A stretch of 64,000 nucleotides of DNA from Opitutia bacterium. Lineage in GTDB: Bacteria > Verrucomicrobiota > Verrucomicrobiia > Opitutales > Opitutaceae. Each line of letters opens with the position of its first letter. The stretch's first letter is position 1. The stretch is from positions 608,001-672,000 of the forward strand of contig CANJVR010000002.1 in NCBI GenBank assembly GCA_947478395.1, read 5' to 3'. Below, piece by piece: positions 28,836 through 39,925 of the stretch. Below the pieces are notes generated by a model. That model was not told the origin of the DNA. It worked only from the letters and a program-made list of their open reading frames with translations, and ran no database searches. The translations under genes were made by a program, and so were the position numbers.

Positions 28836-31688
28836 ATGGCGCAAGACCTGAAAGACACTCTCCAGCTTCCCAAGACAGACTTCTCCATGCGCGCCGGGCT
28901 CGCGCAACGGGAACCCGGCCGCGTCGCCCATTGGGAGAAAATCGATCTCTACGCCGCGATTCAAAAAAATCGCGCCGGCGCCCCGCCCTTCGTGCTCCAC
29001 GACGGTCCGCCATTCACCAACGGCGACGTCCATATCGGCACCGCGCTTAACAAGACGCTCAAGGACATCACGCTCCGCTACAAAACCCTGCGTGGCTTTC
29101 GCACGCCCTACGTACCCGGTTGGGACTGCCACGGACTGCCTATCGAGCAAAAAGTATCCCTCGAAATCCGGGAGAAGAACGAAACGCTGACGACCGCCGA
29201 GCTACGCGCACGCTGCGACGCGTTCTCCGAGACGTGGATCGCAAAGCAGACCGCGCAGTTCAAGCGCCTTGGCATTCTCGCCGATTGGAAAAACGAGTAT
29301 AAAACCAAAGCGCCCGCGTTCGAAGCTGACATCCTTCGCACCTTCGCGGCGTTTGTGGAAAAAGGTCTGATTTATCGCAGCAAAAAGCCGGTTTACTGGA
29401 GCATCCCGTTTGAAACCGCGCTCGCCGAGGCCGAGATCGAGTACAAGGACCACACCTCGATCGCGATCTGGGTGAAGTTCGCCGTGCCGACAAGCGAAGC
29501 CGAAAAGTTCGGCCTGCCGACCGACAAACCGCTCTTCGTCGTCATCTGGACGACGACGCCGTGGACGATCCCCGCCAACCTCGCGATCGCACTGCACCCC
29601 GACGTCGATTACGTCGTCGCCGACATCGGAACCGAGCGCATCGTGGTCGCCGAGGCCCTGCTCAATCCCGTCCTCGCCGCCGCGAAGATCGAAACGCCGA
29701 CGAGCGTCGTCGCGAAACGTAAAGGCTCCGAACTCGAGAAACTCGCCGCGCGCCATCCCTTTATTGACCGCGCCTCGCCGATCGTGCTCGCGGACTACGT
29801 CACGACCGACAGCGGCACCGGCGCCGTTCACACCGCGCCCGGCCACGGCGCGGAGGATTACCTCACGGGCCTGAAATACAAACTCGCGATCTACAATCCC
29901 GTCGGCGACGACGGCCGTTATCTCGACGACGGCCAGATTCCGGCCGACCTCATCGGCGTCACAACGCTCGAAACCGTCGAGGATCTCGCCGCCAAGAAGC
30001 CATCGCCCGCGAATCTCGTTGTCCTTAAAAAGCTCGCGGCCGCCAACGCGCTGCTGGCGAAGGCGAAATATCTGCACAGCTACCCCCATTGCTGGCGATC
30101 CAAGACCCCCATCATTTTCCGCGCCGTCGACCAGTGGTTCGTCTCGCTCGATAAAAACGACACGCGCCAGACCGCACTCAACGAGATCAAGAAAATCGCC
30201 GCGGCGCAGGGTTGGATTCCGGCCTGGGGCGAAGCCCGCATCCGTGGCGCCGTCGAGTCCCGGCCCGACTGGTGTATCAGCCGCCAGCGTTCGTGGGGCG
30301 TTCCCATTCCCGCTTTCTTCGACGCACATAAAAATGCGTTTATCGACGGTGGCGTGGCCCGGGCGATCGCAACGAAGATCGCCACGCGTGGCACGAATTT
30401 CTGGTACGAAGCAACCGCCGCCGAGATTCTCGACGGCATCGCACTGCCCGCGCACTGGCCAGTTCCGGCCGCGCTGACTTGCGGTCGCGACACGCTCGAT
30501 GTGTGGATCGACTCCGGCTCCTCGCACGCCGCGGTCCTCCGCCATCACCAAGGCGGCACGCAGTGGCCCGCGGATCTTTATCTCGAGGGCAGCGACCAGC
30601 ATCGTGGCTGGTTCCAATCCTCGCTCTGGACGAGCGTCATCGCGTTCGGCGCTGCGCCGTACAAGGCCGTCCTGACCCACGGCTTCATCGTCGACAAGGC
30701 CCGCCAGAAAATTTCCAAGAGCAGTTCCTATCAGAAGCCGCAGACGAGCGATGCCTACATCGCGACGCACGGCGCGGATGTTATTCGGCTCTGGATCGCT
30801 TCGCAGGATTTCCGCGATGACATTCCGGTCGACGACGAAATCCTGAAAAACGTCGGCGAATCGTACCGGCTTTTTCGCAACAGCCTCCGCTTCCAGCTCT
30901 CGAATCTCTTCGATTTCAACGCCGCGAAGGACACGGTGCCCTACGAGCGGCTCGACGTGCTCGACCGTTGGGCGCTCCACCAGACCGCCGCGCTCCTGCG
31001 CGAGTGCACCGCGGCGTACGACGCCTACGAGTTCCACCGCGTGTACCAACTCTGCAACCAGTTCTGCGCCGTCACGCTGTCCGCGACGTATCACGACATC
31101 CTGAAGGACCGGCTCTACACGCTCGGCACAAACACGCCGTTGCGCCGTTCATCTCAGACCACGCTGAAACACATCTTTGAAACGCTGGTTAAGATTCTCT
31201 CCCCGATTCTGATTTTCACGACGGACGAAGCCTGGGCCTTCGCCGTTTCGAACGCCGAGTATTCATCCGATTCCATTCATCTTCAAAATTGGCCTGACGC
31301 TCCGGCGGCTTGGACCGATGCCGCGCTCGCGAGCGATTTCGCCACGCTCCTCGCCGTCCGCGCGCAAGTCACCGAGGCCATCGAGCCGCACCGCGCCGCG
31401 GGCAAGTTAGGCAAATCGCTCGACGCCGCTCTCACGCTGACGGCGGTCGCGGGCGACCCGGCACTCCGCGTGCTCGAGCAGCAACGTGATTTCCTGCCGG
31501 AGCTTTTCATCGTGTCACACGTGTCTCTCGCGGCAGCGCCCGCTGGCGGCAGCCTTGGCGTCACCGTGCAACCGTGCAGCGAACACGGCCTCGTCCGGTG
31601 CCCCCGCTGCTGGCGCTGGGTTCCGTCGCTCGCCAGCTCGGCGGCCGGCGAAATTTGTCCGCGTTGCGTTGAGGCGCTATCCTCCTGA
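28836..31688 (+). CDS. ileS: Isoleucine--tRNA ligase (type 1)
   Basis: LHDGPPF, HIGT, PGWDCHGLP, WTTTPWT, GTGAVHTAPGHG, WCISRQR, EGSDQHRGWF, KISKS, C-terminal CPRC..CPRC; start ATG 28836. Confidence 0.97.
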   Translation: MAQDLKDTLQLPKTDFSMRAGLAQREPGRVAHWEKIDLYAAIQKNRAGAPPFVLHDGPPFTNGDVHIGTALNKTLKDITLRYKTLRGFRTPYVPGWDCHGLPIEQKVSLEIREKNETLTTAELRARCDAFSETWIAKQTAQFKRLGILADWKNEYKTKAPAFEADILRTFAAFVEKGLIYRSKKPVYWSIPFETALAEAEIEYKDHTSIAIWVKFAVPTSEAEKFGLPTDKPLFVVIWTTTPWTIPANLAIALHPDVDYVVADIGTERIVVAEALLNPVLAAAKIETPTSVVAKRKGSELEKLAARHPFIDRASPIVLADYVTTDSGTGAVHTAPGHGAEDYLTGLKYKLAIYNPVGDDGRYLDDGQIPADLIGVTTLETVEDLAAKKPSPANLVVLKKLAAANALLAKAKYLHSYPHCWRSKTPIIFRAVDQWFVSLDKNDTRQTALNEIKKIAAAQGWIPAWGEARIRGAVESRPDWCISRQRSWGVPIPAFFDAHKNAFIDGGVARAIATKIATRGTNFWYEATAAEILDGIALPAHWPVPAALTCGRDTLDVWIDSGSSHAAVLRHHQGGTQWPADLYLEGSDQHRGWFQSSLWTSVIAFGAAPYKAVLTHGFIVDKARQKISKSSSYQKPQTSDAYIATHGADVIRLWIASQDFRDDIPVDDEILKNVGESYRLFRNSLRFQLSNLFDFNAAKDTVPYERLDVLDRWALHQTAALLRECTAAYDAYEFHRVYQLCNQFCAVTLSATYHDILKDRLYTLGTNTPLRRSSQTTLKHIFETLVKILSPILIFTTDEAWAFAVSNAEYSSDSIHLQNWPDAPAAWTDAALASDFATLLAVRAQVTEAIEPHRAAGKLGKSLDAALTLTAVAGDPALRVLEQQRDFLPELFIVSHVSLAAAPAGGSLGVTVQPCSEHGLVRCPRCWRWVPSLASSAAGEICPRCVEALSS

Positions 31689-31715
31689 TCCTTTCTTCGT
31701 TCCTCCAATCCTCCC

Positions 31716-32663
31716 ATGGCTAAGAAACCCACCAAACCTGCCAAGAAGTCTGCCGCTCGGTTCGTCAAGGCGAAGGCCAAACCCAAGGCCAAACGCGTGA
31801 ACAAACCAGCGCCCCGCAAAACTCCTCCGGCAAAATCTAAACCGGTGAAACGGGTCGTGATCAAATCGCGGCCGAAAGTGTCCCCTCCGGACAAAAAGAA
31901 ATCTCCCATGGAAAAACCTTCGAAGAAAAACGCCCTGCGCGACAGTATCCTGAAGCGCAAGGTCGCTAGCAAACCCATCGCCTTCAGTCTAGACGAGGTC
32001 CAGGCCATCGCGAAAACCGCCACCGTCAAAGCCGAATCCGCCGCCAAGCACGCGAAGGCCACCGCCAAGCCGACCGCCGCGAAGCAGGCTCTCACGCTCC
32101 AAAAGGCCAAGCCCATGCACGTGAAGGCGGCCTCCCTCGCCGACATCCTCGGATTCAATCCGAAGAAGGCCAAGTCCGTCGAGGCCCTAGCCGAGGCCGA
32201 CGTCCCAGAGAAATTCAAACGTTACTATAAATTGCTGATCAACCTCCGCACGCATCTCACGGCCGGCATCGAGCTGCACTCCGAAGAAACGTTGAAACGC
32301 TCCTCCAAAGACGACGCGGGCGATCTTTCCTCCTACGGCCAGCACATGGCCGATTCCGGCACCGACACGTTTGACCGCGATTTCGCACTCAGTCTCGTGT
32401 CGAGCGAACAGGAAGCGCTTGGCGAAATCGACGCCGCGATCAAACGCATCAAGGACGGCAGCTACGGCGTCTGTGAAATCAACCAAACTCCGATCGCCCG
32501 GGACCGCCTACTCGCCGTGCCGTTCACGCGTTACTCCGCAGAAGCGCAAAAAGAACTCGAACGCAACCGCCACCGTTCCCGCTCGCAAGCCGGCATTCTC
32601 GGCGAACTCGGCGAGGACGGCGGCAGCACCCCGCGCGATGACAACGGCGGCGGCGAAGAGTAA
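31716..32663 (+). CDS. DksA/TraR-family protein with long Lys/Ala/Pro-rich N-terminus
   Basis: C-terminal HMADSGTD coiled-coil tip, EIDAAIKRI.DGSYGVCE...RLLAVP; located between ileS and lspA. Confidence 0.82.
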   Translation: MAKKPTKPAKKSAARFVKAKAKPKAKRVNKPAPRKTPPAKSKPVKRVVIKSRPKVSPPDKKKSPMEKPSKKNALRDSILKRKVASKPIAFSLDEVQAIAKTATVKAESAAKHAKATAKPTAAKQALTLQKAKPMHVKAASLADILGFNPKKAKSVEALAEADVPEKFKRYYKLLINLRTHLTAGIELHSEETLKRSSKDDAGDLSSYGQHMADSGTDTFDRDFALSLVSSEQEALGEIDAAIKRIKDGSYGVCEINQTPIARDRLLAVPFTRYSAEAQKELERNRHRSRSQAGILGELGEDGGSTPRDDNGGGEE

Positions 32664-32708
32664 TCAAATTTTTGAATTCGGATTTTCGGCGGGACCCGGC
32701 CCTTTAAG

Positions 32709-33272
32709 TTGAACTCTCCCGAGTCCAACTCACGTCGCGAACCGGTTGAGGCCGTGACGGCGCCGCCAAAGTCGATCGGCGATCGCCTGCTCGCTTATCG
32801 GCGTTTGCTAACGGTTGCCATCATCGTTCTGGCCGGGGACCAGCTGACGAAGGCTTTGGTTTCAGCGCGCCTGCCGTACCCCACTTACGGGGAGGGCCAC
32901 GGAGCAATTGTAGTGATCCGCAATTTCTTTTACCTCGTTCATGTCGGCAATACGGGGGCGGCGTGGAGCATTTTCACCGGGCAGAGCGTGATGTTGGCGG
33001 CTCTCGCGCTCGTCACCTTAGTGGGAATTTTTATTTGGCGTCGCACGCTGGGACTGCGCGACCGAGGGACTCAACTCTGCTTTGGGCTGCTGTGCGGGGG
33101 CATACTGGGAAACGTGGTAGACCGCCTGCGCTACGGCCACGTGATTGATTTCCTCGATTTTCATTTCGGCAGCTACGTTTACCCCACGTTCAATATCGCC
33201 GATTCGGGCATTTGCGTGGGCGTGATGCTCTATCTTTTCCAATCGCTGCGGGAGCCAAAGCCGGAAGCCTAA
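32709..33272 (+). CDS. lspA: Lipoprotein signal peptidase II
   Basis: DQLTK, NTGAAWS, GGILGNVVDR, VIDF, FNIADS. Confidence 0.95.
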   Translation: MNSPESNSRREPVEAVTAPPKSIGDRLLAYRRLLTVAIIVLAGDQLTKALVSARLPYPTYGEGHGAIVVIRNFFYLVHVGNTGAAWSIFTGQSVMLAALALVTLVGIFIWRRTLGLRDRGTQLCFGLLCGGILGNVVDRLRYGHVIDFLDFHFGSYVYPTFNIADSGICVGVMLYLFQSLREPKPEA

Positions 33273-33413
33273 GGCCTAACCGCAAAGCAGCGATGGCCGG
33301 CAAAATTTCGCGCGGAGCTTTTGTAATGTCGGGCTTAAGCGGCCGCAAAACGCCCTGAGCTGACTCGGGCATGATCGACGCCTTCGCGTCTAATCCGACG
33401 CCCGTTTCTATCT

Positions 33414-34286
33414 CTACTCCACGTTGGCGATCTGTTCGCGAATCCGCTCCAGCTCGTTCTTGAGTTCAATCACCGCACGGGAAATCGTGAGATCGTTTGC
33501 CTTGCTCCCGATGGTATTCACCTCGCGGCCGATTTCCTGCAGGATAAATTCGGATTTGCGACCGATCTCGCCCCCGGATTTGAGCAGCGTCTCGAACTGC
33601 CCCAGATGGCTGCCGAGACGCGTGAGTTCTTCCGTCACATCGCAACGATCCGCGAAAAGCGCGATCTCCTTGAGCACGCGCTCGTCTTCGACGTTTAACT
33701 CGAGCCCGGCCGTGCGTAGGCGTTGCAACAACTGCTCGCGATAAAGCGCCGGTACCGCAGGCGCGCGCGTCGCCACGGTGTCGACCTGCTTTTTCAGAAT
33801 CGCGATCCGCGCGAGGAAATCGCCCAGCAACGTTTCGCCTTCCTTGGCCCGCATGGCCGCAAACGCCTGCAAGGCCGTCTCGAGCGTTGCGAACACCACG
33901 GGCTGCGCCATCTCAGCGGAGGGAAAGTCATCCGCTTTGCGCTGCGACCGCGCGATGTCCCAAAGCAGCTCGGGCGTGGGCGCAAACGCGACCCCTTGAG
34001 CGCCGGCAAAAGCCGCCAGTCGGCGGACGGCTTCAGCCGCGCCGGCTTCGTCCCAAACGTCCTGGCGCGTGCCGGGGGCGCCGGTTAGCTCGATGTCGAC
34101 GTGAACCTTGCCGCGGGACGCGTGACGTCGCGCGATTTCACCGATGGCGGGCTCAAGACTTTCCCAGGCATCGGGCAGCTTCATCGTGAGATCGAGTGTT
34201 TTCCGATTCACCGAACTCACCTGAATGGTGAGCGAGTCGTTGCCGATCGTCGCCGTTGCGCGGCCGTAGCCTGTCATGCTTCGCAT
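33414..34286 (-). CDS. yicC: YicC/YloC-family endoribonuclease
   Basis: MRSMTGYG, SVNR, RGKV, DVTEELTRL, GRKSEFILQE.GREVNTIGSK, REQIANVE. Confidence 0.93.
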   Translation of the reverse strand: MRSMTGYGRATATIGNDSLTIQVSSVNRKTLDLTMKLPDAWESLEPAIGEIARRHASRGKVHVDIELTGAPGTRQDVWDEAGAAEAVRRLAAFAGAQGVAFAPTPELLWDIARSQRKADDFPSAEMAQPVVFATLETALQAFAAMRAKEGETLLGDFLARIAILKKQVDTVATRAPAVPALYREQLLQRLRTAGLELNVEDERVLKEIALFADRCDVTEELTRLGSHLGQFETLLKSGGEIGRKSEFILQEIGREVNTIGSKANDLTISRAVIELKNELERIREQIANVE

Positions 34287-34468
34287 GACAGAAATTCCAA
34301 ACGCCCAACCGCCAAAGGCCAAACAAATCTCCGGCGGGAATCACTCGGGTTTGCTCCCGATGCTGAAGAAATAAGTTTCAACCCATGGGCTTGTTGTCGC
34401 CGAGCGGCCCGAAGCCCGGGGGCCAAGGCGAATGGAGTTTAGACTTTGGGGACTGGTGATTTCTCCGC

Positions 34469-35698
34469 TCAGTTGAGTTTCACCCCGAGGATTTTCGCTA
34501 CTTGGTTCACATCCTTGTCTCCGCGGCCGGACAAGTTGATGACCAAAATCTCATCCTTCCGCATTTCCTTCGCGCGCTTCAAGCCGTGCACCAATGCATG
34601 CGTGCTCTCGAGCGCGGGAATGATGCCCTCAAGCCGCGATACCAGTTGGAACGTTTCCAGCACCTCGTCGTCGCACGCATAAGCAAAGTCGATCCGCTTG
34701 CGCTCGCGGTAAAACGCGTGCTCGGGGCCGATCGCCGCGTAGTCGAGTCCTGCACTCACCGAGTGCGTCAGCTCGATCTGCCCGTCCCCATCCTGCAAAA
34801 TAAACGTCTTCGCGCCCTGCAACACGCCAAGTTTTCCGCCCTCGAAACGTGCGGCGTGCTCACCGCGCGTGATCCCGCGGCCGCCAGCTTCAACGCCGAT
34901 CATCCTGACGTTGGTATCCTCCAGGAAATCGAAAAAGAACCCGATCGCATTCGAGCCGCCACCCACGCAAGCGATCATCTCGTCCGGCAGACGTCCCTCG
35001 CGGGCGAGCAATTGCTCCTTTGTCTCACGCCCGATCACGCGGTGAAAATCGCGTACCATCATCGGATAGGGGTGCGAGCCTAGCGCCGACCCCAGAATGT
35101 AATGCGTGCCGCGCACATTAGTCACCCAGTCGCGCATCGCTTCGTTGACCGCATCCTTCAAAGTCTTTTGTCCCGACGTCACCGGGCGAACTTCGGCGCC
35201 CATCAGCCGCATGCGGAAAACATTCAGTGCCTGGCGTTCCATGTCGACTGCGCCCATGTACACGACGCATTCGAGACCGAATTTCGCGCACACGGCTGCC
35301 GTGGCTACGCCGTGTTGTCCGGCGCCGGTTTCGGCGATGATGCGCTTCTTGCCCATCCGCCGCGCGAGCAGCGCCTGGCCGAGGGCATTGTTGATTTTGT
35401 GCGCACCGGTGTGCAGCAGATCTTCGCGCTTCAGATAAATTTTTGCGCCGCCGCAATGCTGCGTGAGCCGCTCGGCAAAATAAAGTTCTGTCGGCCGACC
35501 CGCGAACTCCTTCAAGTGATGCTTCAGTTCTGCTTGGAACGCTGCCTCGCTCCGCGCCACGTCGTACACCGAGCCGAGTTCCTGCAACGCCGTCATCAGC
35601 GTCTCCGGCACGAACACCCCACCGTAGCGCCCAAAGTGGCCGCCCTGATCGGGCACGGAAAAGCGGTCGAAGGATGCGGGAGCGTTGGCAGTCGGCAT
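34469..35698 (-). CDS. trpB: Tryptophan synthase beta chain
   Basis: [49 protein letters not shown]; start ATG 35698. Confidence 0.97.
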   Translation of the reverse strand: MPTANAPASFDRFSVPDQGGHFGRYGGVFVPETLMTALQELGSVYDVARSEAAFQAELKHHLKEFAGRPTELYFAERLTQHCGGAKIYLKREDLLHTGAHKINNALGQALLARRMGKKRIIAETGAGQHGVATAAVCAKFGLECVVYMGAVDMERQALNVFRMRLMGAEVRPVTSGQKTLKDAVNEAMRDWVTNVRGTHYILGSALGSHPYPMMVRDFHRVIGRETKEQLLAREGRLPDEMIACVGGGSNAIGFFFDFLEDTNVRMIGVEAGGRGITRGEHAARFEGGKLGVLQGAKTFILQDGDGQIELTHSVSAGLDYAAIGPEHAFYRERKRIDFAYACDDEVLETFQLVSRLEGIIPALESTHALVHGLKRAKEMRKDEILVINLSGRGDKDVNQVAKILGVKLN

Positions 35699-35890
35699 AG
35701 CGTTATAAATGAGGCGAGAGTCCCGTACCGAAGCAAAAGATTTTATACGTTTCCGAGCCGCCTCGCCATTGATCGGAGCGGGCCAGCGCGAGCAAGGACG
35801 CTGGCCTGCGGCCGGAGGACTACTCAGTCCCTCCTGACGCCGCATTTCAAAAATCAGCTCTTTGCCGGGGGTTCGACGCGCTGCCCACCC

Positions 35891-36403
35891 TCACGGTTGT
35901 TCGACGCGGCCTTTCAAAAACGTCAGCACATCTTGAAATTTAGCCCGGTTGCTTTCGTCGATCGACACCAGGTTTTCATGCGCTTCGAGCACCAACCGCG
36001 CGTGTTCGGTTTCGGTGCGATCGGCGCATTTCAAAGCGGTATCGCATTGCTCGAAGGTCGCCGGCACCGCTTCCCCCGCCACGATCAAAATTCGGTGCAA
36101 TCCCAGGTTCCGAATCAGCTCGAGGTTACGCACCCCGACGCGCGCCAACACCAAACTGCCGCCCGGCGCCGCTTTCTTCAGCTCCAGCGCCGCTCCCGCC
36201 AGTACGCCGAGAAACGTGCTGTCGATGCTGGCACATTGTTGAAAATCGAGCACGAACCGGGTCTTACCCTGACGGCGCGTCTCCGTGAAAAAATCCCGCA
36301 AACACGCGCTGTTTTGAAAGCTCGCCCGCCCGTTGATGCGCACCAGGACAGGATCCGAGTAGGCATCGACAAGGTAGACAGAGGAAAGAGCGGGCTCAGA
36401 CAT
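35891..36403 (-). CDS. STAS-domain protein (anti-sigma-factor antagonist-like)
   Basis: VRINGRA, LDFQQCASIDSTFLG (phosphorylatable Ser motif), plus a C-terminal AHENL extension. Confidence 0.82.
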   Translation of the reverse strand: MSEPALSSVYLVDAYSDPVLVRINGRASFQNSACLRDFFTETRRQGKTRFVLDFQQCASIDSTFLGVLAGAALELKKAAPGGSLVLARVGVRNLELIRNLGLHRILIVAGEAVPATFEQCDTALKCADRTETEHARLVLEAHENLVSIDESNRAKFQDVLTFLKGRVEQP

Positions 36404-36551
36404 GGAGGGCAGGCTGGATTTGGAACGATCCGGAAAAAATTATTCCGGGCAAACGTGGCGGATTGGTGGACGACAGCAAGTGGCCAAAACCCGTCGGTTC
36501 TTTTGTCACAAACAAATCCGCGCCGGTCATACCGGACGCGGAGCCATCGGG

Positions 36552-39239
36552 CTAGCCTTGCGCGATGATCTGGCGCAGGACGTAAGGCAGGATGCCTCCG
36601 TGCTGGTAGTAATCGATCTCGATGGGCGTATCGATGCGGCAAGTTACATTAACGAATTCAGCTGCAGCCCCTTTCCGCGTGATCTTGAGCTTGAGGTCCT
36701 GTTGCGGCTTGAGGCCGGTATCCAAGCCCACCACGTCGTACGTCTCGGTGCCGTCCAACTTCAAGGTCTGCGCGGTAACACCTTCCTTGAATTGCAGGGG
36801 CAGCACGCCCATGCCGACGAGATTGGAGCGGTGAATACGCTCGAAACTCTGAGCGACGACCACCTTCACGCCGAGCAGCGAGGTGCCTTTCGCGGCCCAG
36901 TCACGCGAAGAGCCGGTGCCATATTCCTGACCGGCCAAGATGATGAGTGGCGTACCGGCTTTTTGATAAGCCATCGAGGCGTCGTAAATCGACGTCTTCA
37001 CCCCATCGGCGCCGATCGTATTGCCGCCCTCTTCGCCGCCCAGCATGAGATTCTTGATGCGGACGTTCGCGAAGGTGCCGCGGGTCATGATGCGGTCGTT
37101 GCCGCGCCGCGAACCGTAGGAGTTGAAATCCTCAAACGTGACGCCGTTCTCGAGTAAGAAACGGCCCGCCGGGGAACTCTTCTTGATCGCGCCCGCCGGC
37201 GAGATGTGGTCGGTCGTGACGGAATCGCCAAAAATCCCGAGTGCGCGGGCGCCTTTGATTTCGGCGATCGCTCCGGGTTGCAGCGTGAAGTTGGTGAAGA
37301 ACGGCGGCTCTTGGATGTACGTCGATTTCGCGTCGAAGGCGTACACGTTGCCGGTGGTCGACGGGATTTCGTTCCACTTGGGATTCTGCGCGGCGAAATT
37401 ACTGTAGAGCCTGCGGAAAACTTCGGGCTTCAGCGCGGCCTGCATTTGATCGCGCACTTCCTGCAACGTGGGCCAGATGTCCTTCAAGTAGACCGGCGCA
37501 CCGTCGTTTCCGGTGCCGAGCGGCTCGGAGGAAAGATCGATGTCGGCGCGGCCCGCGAGCGCGAAGGCGACGACCAAGGGCGGCGACATCAGGAAGTTCG
37601 CCTTGATGTTCTGGTGCACGCGCGCCTCGAAATTCCGGTTGCCGGACAGCACCGAGGCGGCGACGAGATCGTTCTTCACGACGGCTTCCTCGATGGGACC
37701 GGCGAGTGGACCCGAATTGCCGATACAGGTCGTGCAACCGTAGCCGACGGTCTGGAATCCGAGCTGGTCAAGATACGGCGCGAGCCCGGTCTTTTCGAGG
37801 TAGGCGGTAACCACGCGTGAACCCGGCGCGAGCGACGATTTCACGAGCGGATTGACCTTGAGTCCCTTCGCCACGGCCTTCTTCGCAAGCAGACCGGCCG
37901 CGAGCATCACGCTCGGATTGGAGGTGTTCGTGCAACTGGTGATTGCCGCGATCAAGACTGAGCCGTGGCCGATACGCGTGCCGCCAACTTGGGCTGATAC
38001 GGTCGTGAGCTCCTCAGCCTTTTTGCCAAAGCCATTTTCGGTGACCGGCTTCGAAAACGCAGCCGTGAACTCCTGCTTCATCTTCGGCAGCTCGATACGG
38101 TCCTGCGGACGCTTTGGGCCCGCAACGCTGGGCACCACCGTTGCAAGGTCGAGTGCTAGATCCGTGGAATACTCGATCTCGCCCTTTTGCGGAATGCCCC
38201 AAAGTCCCTGGGCCTTGTAGTACGCTTCGTACAACGCGACGGCACTTTCCTCGCGGCCGGTCGCGCGGAGGTAGTTCGTGCACTCGCCGTCGATCGGAAA
38301 AAAGCCCATCGTGGCACCGTATTCGGGCGCCATGTTGGCGATCATCGCGCGGTCGACGACCGGGAGCGCAGCCGCGCCGGGACCGTAAAACTCGACAAAT
38401 TTGCCGACGACCTTCGCCTTGCGCAGTGTCTGCGTGAGCGTCAGTGCGAGATCGGTCGCCGTCACTCCTTCTTTGAGCGCGCCCGTGAGGTACACGCCCA
38501 CGACATCCGGCGTGAGGAAATAAACCGGCTGCCCGAGCATGCCGGCTTCGGCTTCGATGCCGCCGACGCCCCAGCCCACAATGCCGAGGCCGTTGATCAT
38601 CGTCGTATGGGAATCGGTGCCAACGAGCGTGTCCGGATAATAGACGCCGTTTGCGTCACTGAGCACACCTTTCGCCAGAAATTCCAGGTTCACCTGGTGC
38701 ACAATGCCGATGCCGGGCGGCACGACTTTGAAAGTATCGAAAGCCTGCATGCCCCATTTCAGGAATTGGTAACGCTCACGATTGCGCGAGAATTCAAGAT
38801 CGAGATTCTTGGCGAGCGCGTCCGAACTCCCGGCGAAATCGACTTGCACGGAGTGGTCGACCACAAGATCGACGGGGACCAGCGGCTCGATGATCTTCGG
38901 ATTTTTGCCGAGTTTCGTCACCGCGGAACGCATGGCCGCGAGATCGACGAGCAAAGGCACGCCGGTGAAATCCTGCAGCACGATGCGCGCGACAACGAAG
39001 GGAATCTCATCGGTCCGTACGGCCTTCGCCGCCCACGTCGCAAGGGCCTTCACGGCCGGCTCCGCCACCCGCTTGCCGTCGCAATTGCGCAGCAGTGACT
39101 CCAGCACGAGGCGGATCGAAACCGGGAGCTTCTTCACGTTGAAGCCGGCGGCCTCGAGTGCGGGCAGCGAATAGAATTGATGCGTCGTACCGTTCGCGGT
39201 GAACGACTGCAACGTGTTGAACGGATTGGGAAGGCTCAT
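36552..39239 (-). CDS. acnA: Aconitate hydratase A
   Basis: [75 protein letters not shown]; start ATG 39239. Confidence 0.97.
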   Translation of the reverse strand: MSLPNPFNTLQSFTANGTTHQFYSLPALEAAGFNVKKLPVSIRLVLESLLRNCDGKRVAEPAVKALATWAAKAVRTDEIPFVVARIVLQDFTGVPLLVDLAAMRSAVTKLGKNPKIIEPLVPVDLVVDHSVQVDFAGSSDALAKNLDLEFSRNRERYQFLKWGMQAFDTFKVVPPGIGIVHQVNLEFLAKGVLSDANGVYYPDTLVGTDSHTTMINGLGIVGWGVGGIEAEAGMLGQPVYFLTPDVVGVYLTGALKEGVTATDLALTLTQTLRKAKVVGKFVEFYGPGAAALPVVDRAMIANMAPEYGATMGFFPIDGECTNYLRATGREESAVALYEAYYKAQGLWGIPQKGEIEYSTDLALDLATVVPSVAGPKRPQDRIELPKMKQEFTAAFSKPVTENGFGKKAEELTTVSAQVGGTRIGHGSVLIAAITSCTNTSNPSVMLAAGLLAKKAVAKGLKVNPLVKSSLAPGSRVVTAYLEKTGLAPYLDQLGFQTVGYGCTTCIGNSGPLAGPIEEAVVKNDLVAASVLSGNRNFEARVHQNIKANFLMSPPLVVAFALAGRADIDLSSEPLGTGNDGAPVYLKDIWPTLQEVRDQMQAALKPEVFRRLYSNFAAQNPKWNEIPSTTGNVYAFDAKSTYIQEPPFFTNFTLQPGAIAEIKGARALGIFGDSVTTDHISPAGAIKKSSPAGRFLLENGVTFEDFNSYGSRRGNDRIMTRGTFANVRIKNLMLGGEEGGNTIGADGVKTSIYDASMAYQKAGTPLIILAGQEYGTGSSRDWAAKGTSLLGVKVVVAQSFERIHRSNLVGMGVLPLQFKEGVTAQTLKLDGTETYDVVGLDTGLKPQQDLKLKITRKGAAAEFVNVTCRIDTPIEIDYYQHGGILPYVLRQIIAQG

Positions 39240-39261
39240 GGAGTTGAAATCTGAAAATGGT

Positions 39262-39735
39262 TTACCCCGCCAGCGCGACCTTGATCGCGGCGAAGTTGGG
39301 GAGGTCTTTCGGGGTGGCGGTTTGCTCGGCGTACGTGATCCGGCCGTCCAAGCCGATGACAAAGGCCGCGCGCGCCGAGGCGTCACCGATGCCGCCAATC
39401 ATGGGGAAAAGCACGCCGTAGGCCTTCGTCGTTTCCTTGTTCAAATCGCTGACCAAGGTCGTCGTAATCTGATTCGCCTGCGCCCAAGCGGCTTGGGCGT
39501 GCGGGCTGTCGACGCTAATCCCGATGACGGCCACGGAGGGATTTTCGATCAGCCCGAATTCGGTGGAAAGGCCGCACATTTCCCGCGTGCACACCCCGGT
39601 AAAGGCGAAGGGAAAAAAGAGCAGCACCGTCTGCTTTTTGCCGAAATTGTCGCTCAGTTTAATGTCCTTCATGCCCGTCGCGGTCATGGTCTTGAGCGTA
39701 AAATCGGGGGCGGGTGAACCGGGGGCTAAAGGCAT
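39262..39735 (-). CDS. Peroxiredoxin (AhpE/BCP-like)
   Basis: [21 protein letters not shown] (PxxxTxxC), ISVDS, SD.N, R.AFVI; start ATG 39735. Confidence 0.88.
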   Translation of the reverse strand: MPLAPGSPAPDFTLKTMTATGMKDIKLSDNFGKKQTVLLFFPFAFTGVCTREMCGLSTEFGLIENPSVAVIGISVDSPHAQAAWAQANQITTTLVSDLNKETTKAYGVLFPMIGGIGDASARAAFVIGLDGRITYAEQTATPKDLPNFAAIKVALAG

Positions 39736-39925
39736 GGAAGGGATTGAGTTTGTAGGGCGACCGCGGCAACTGGCTCGGATCGAAGAAAAAAAGGTAGAGC
39801 CCGCGCCGGGGCGCCGGCAAATGGTTTTTCCCCATACCCGTGGCATTTCTATTTTCGCACCGGCCACCATTAGAAACGCTCTTGCGCGCCGCGACACCCA
39901 GGCCGTTTACTTTTCCGCTCCCGCA

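Noticed and set aside
34469..35698. trpB without adjacent trpA
   Set aside because: The sequence looks like conventional TrpB1, and dispersed trp genes are common; not evidence of novelty.
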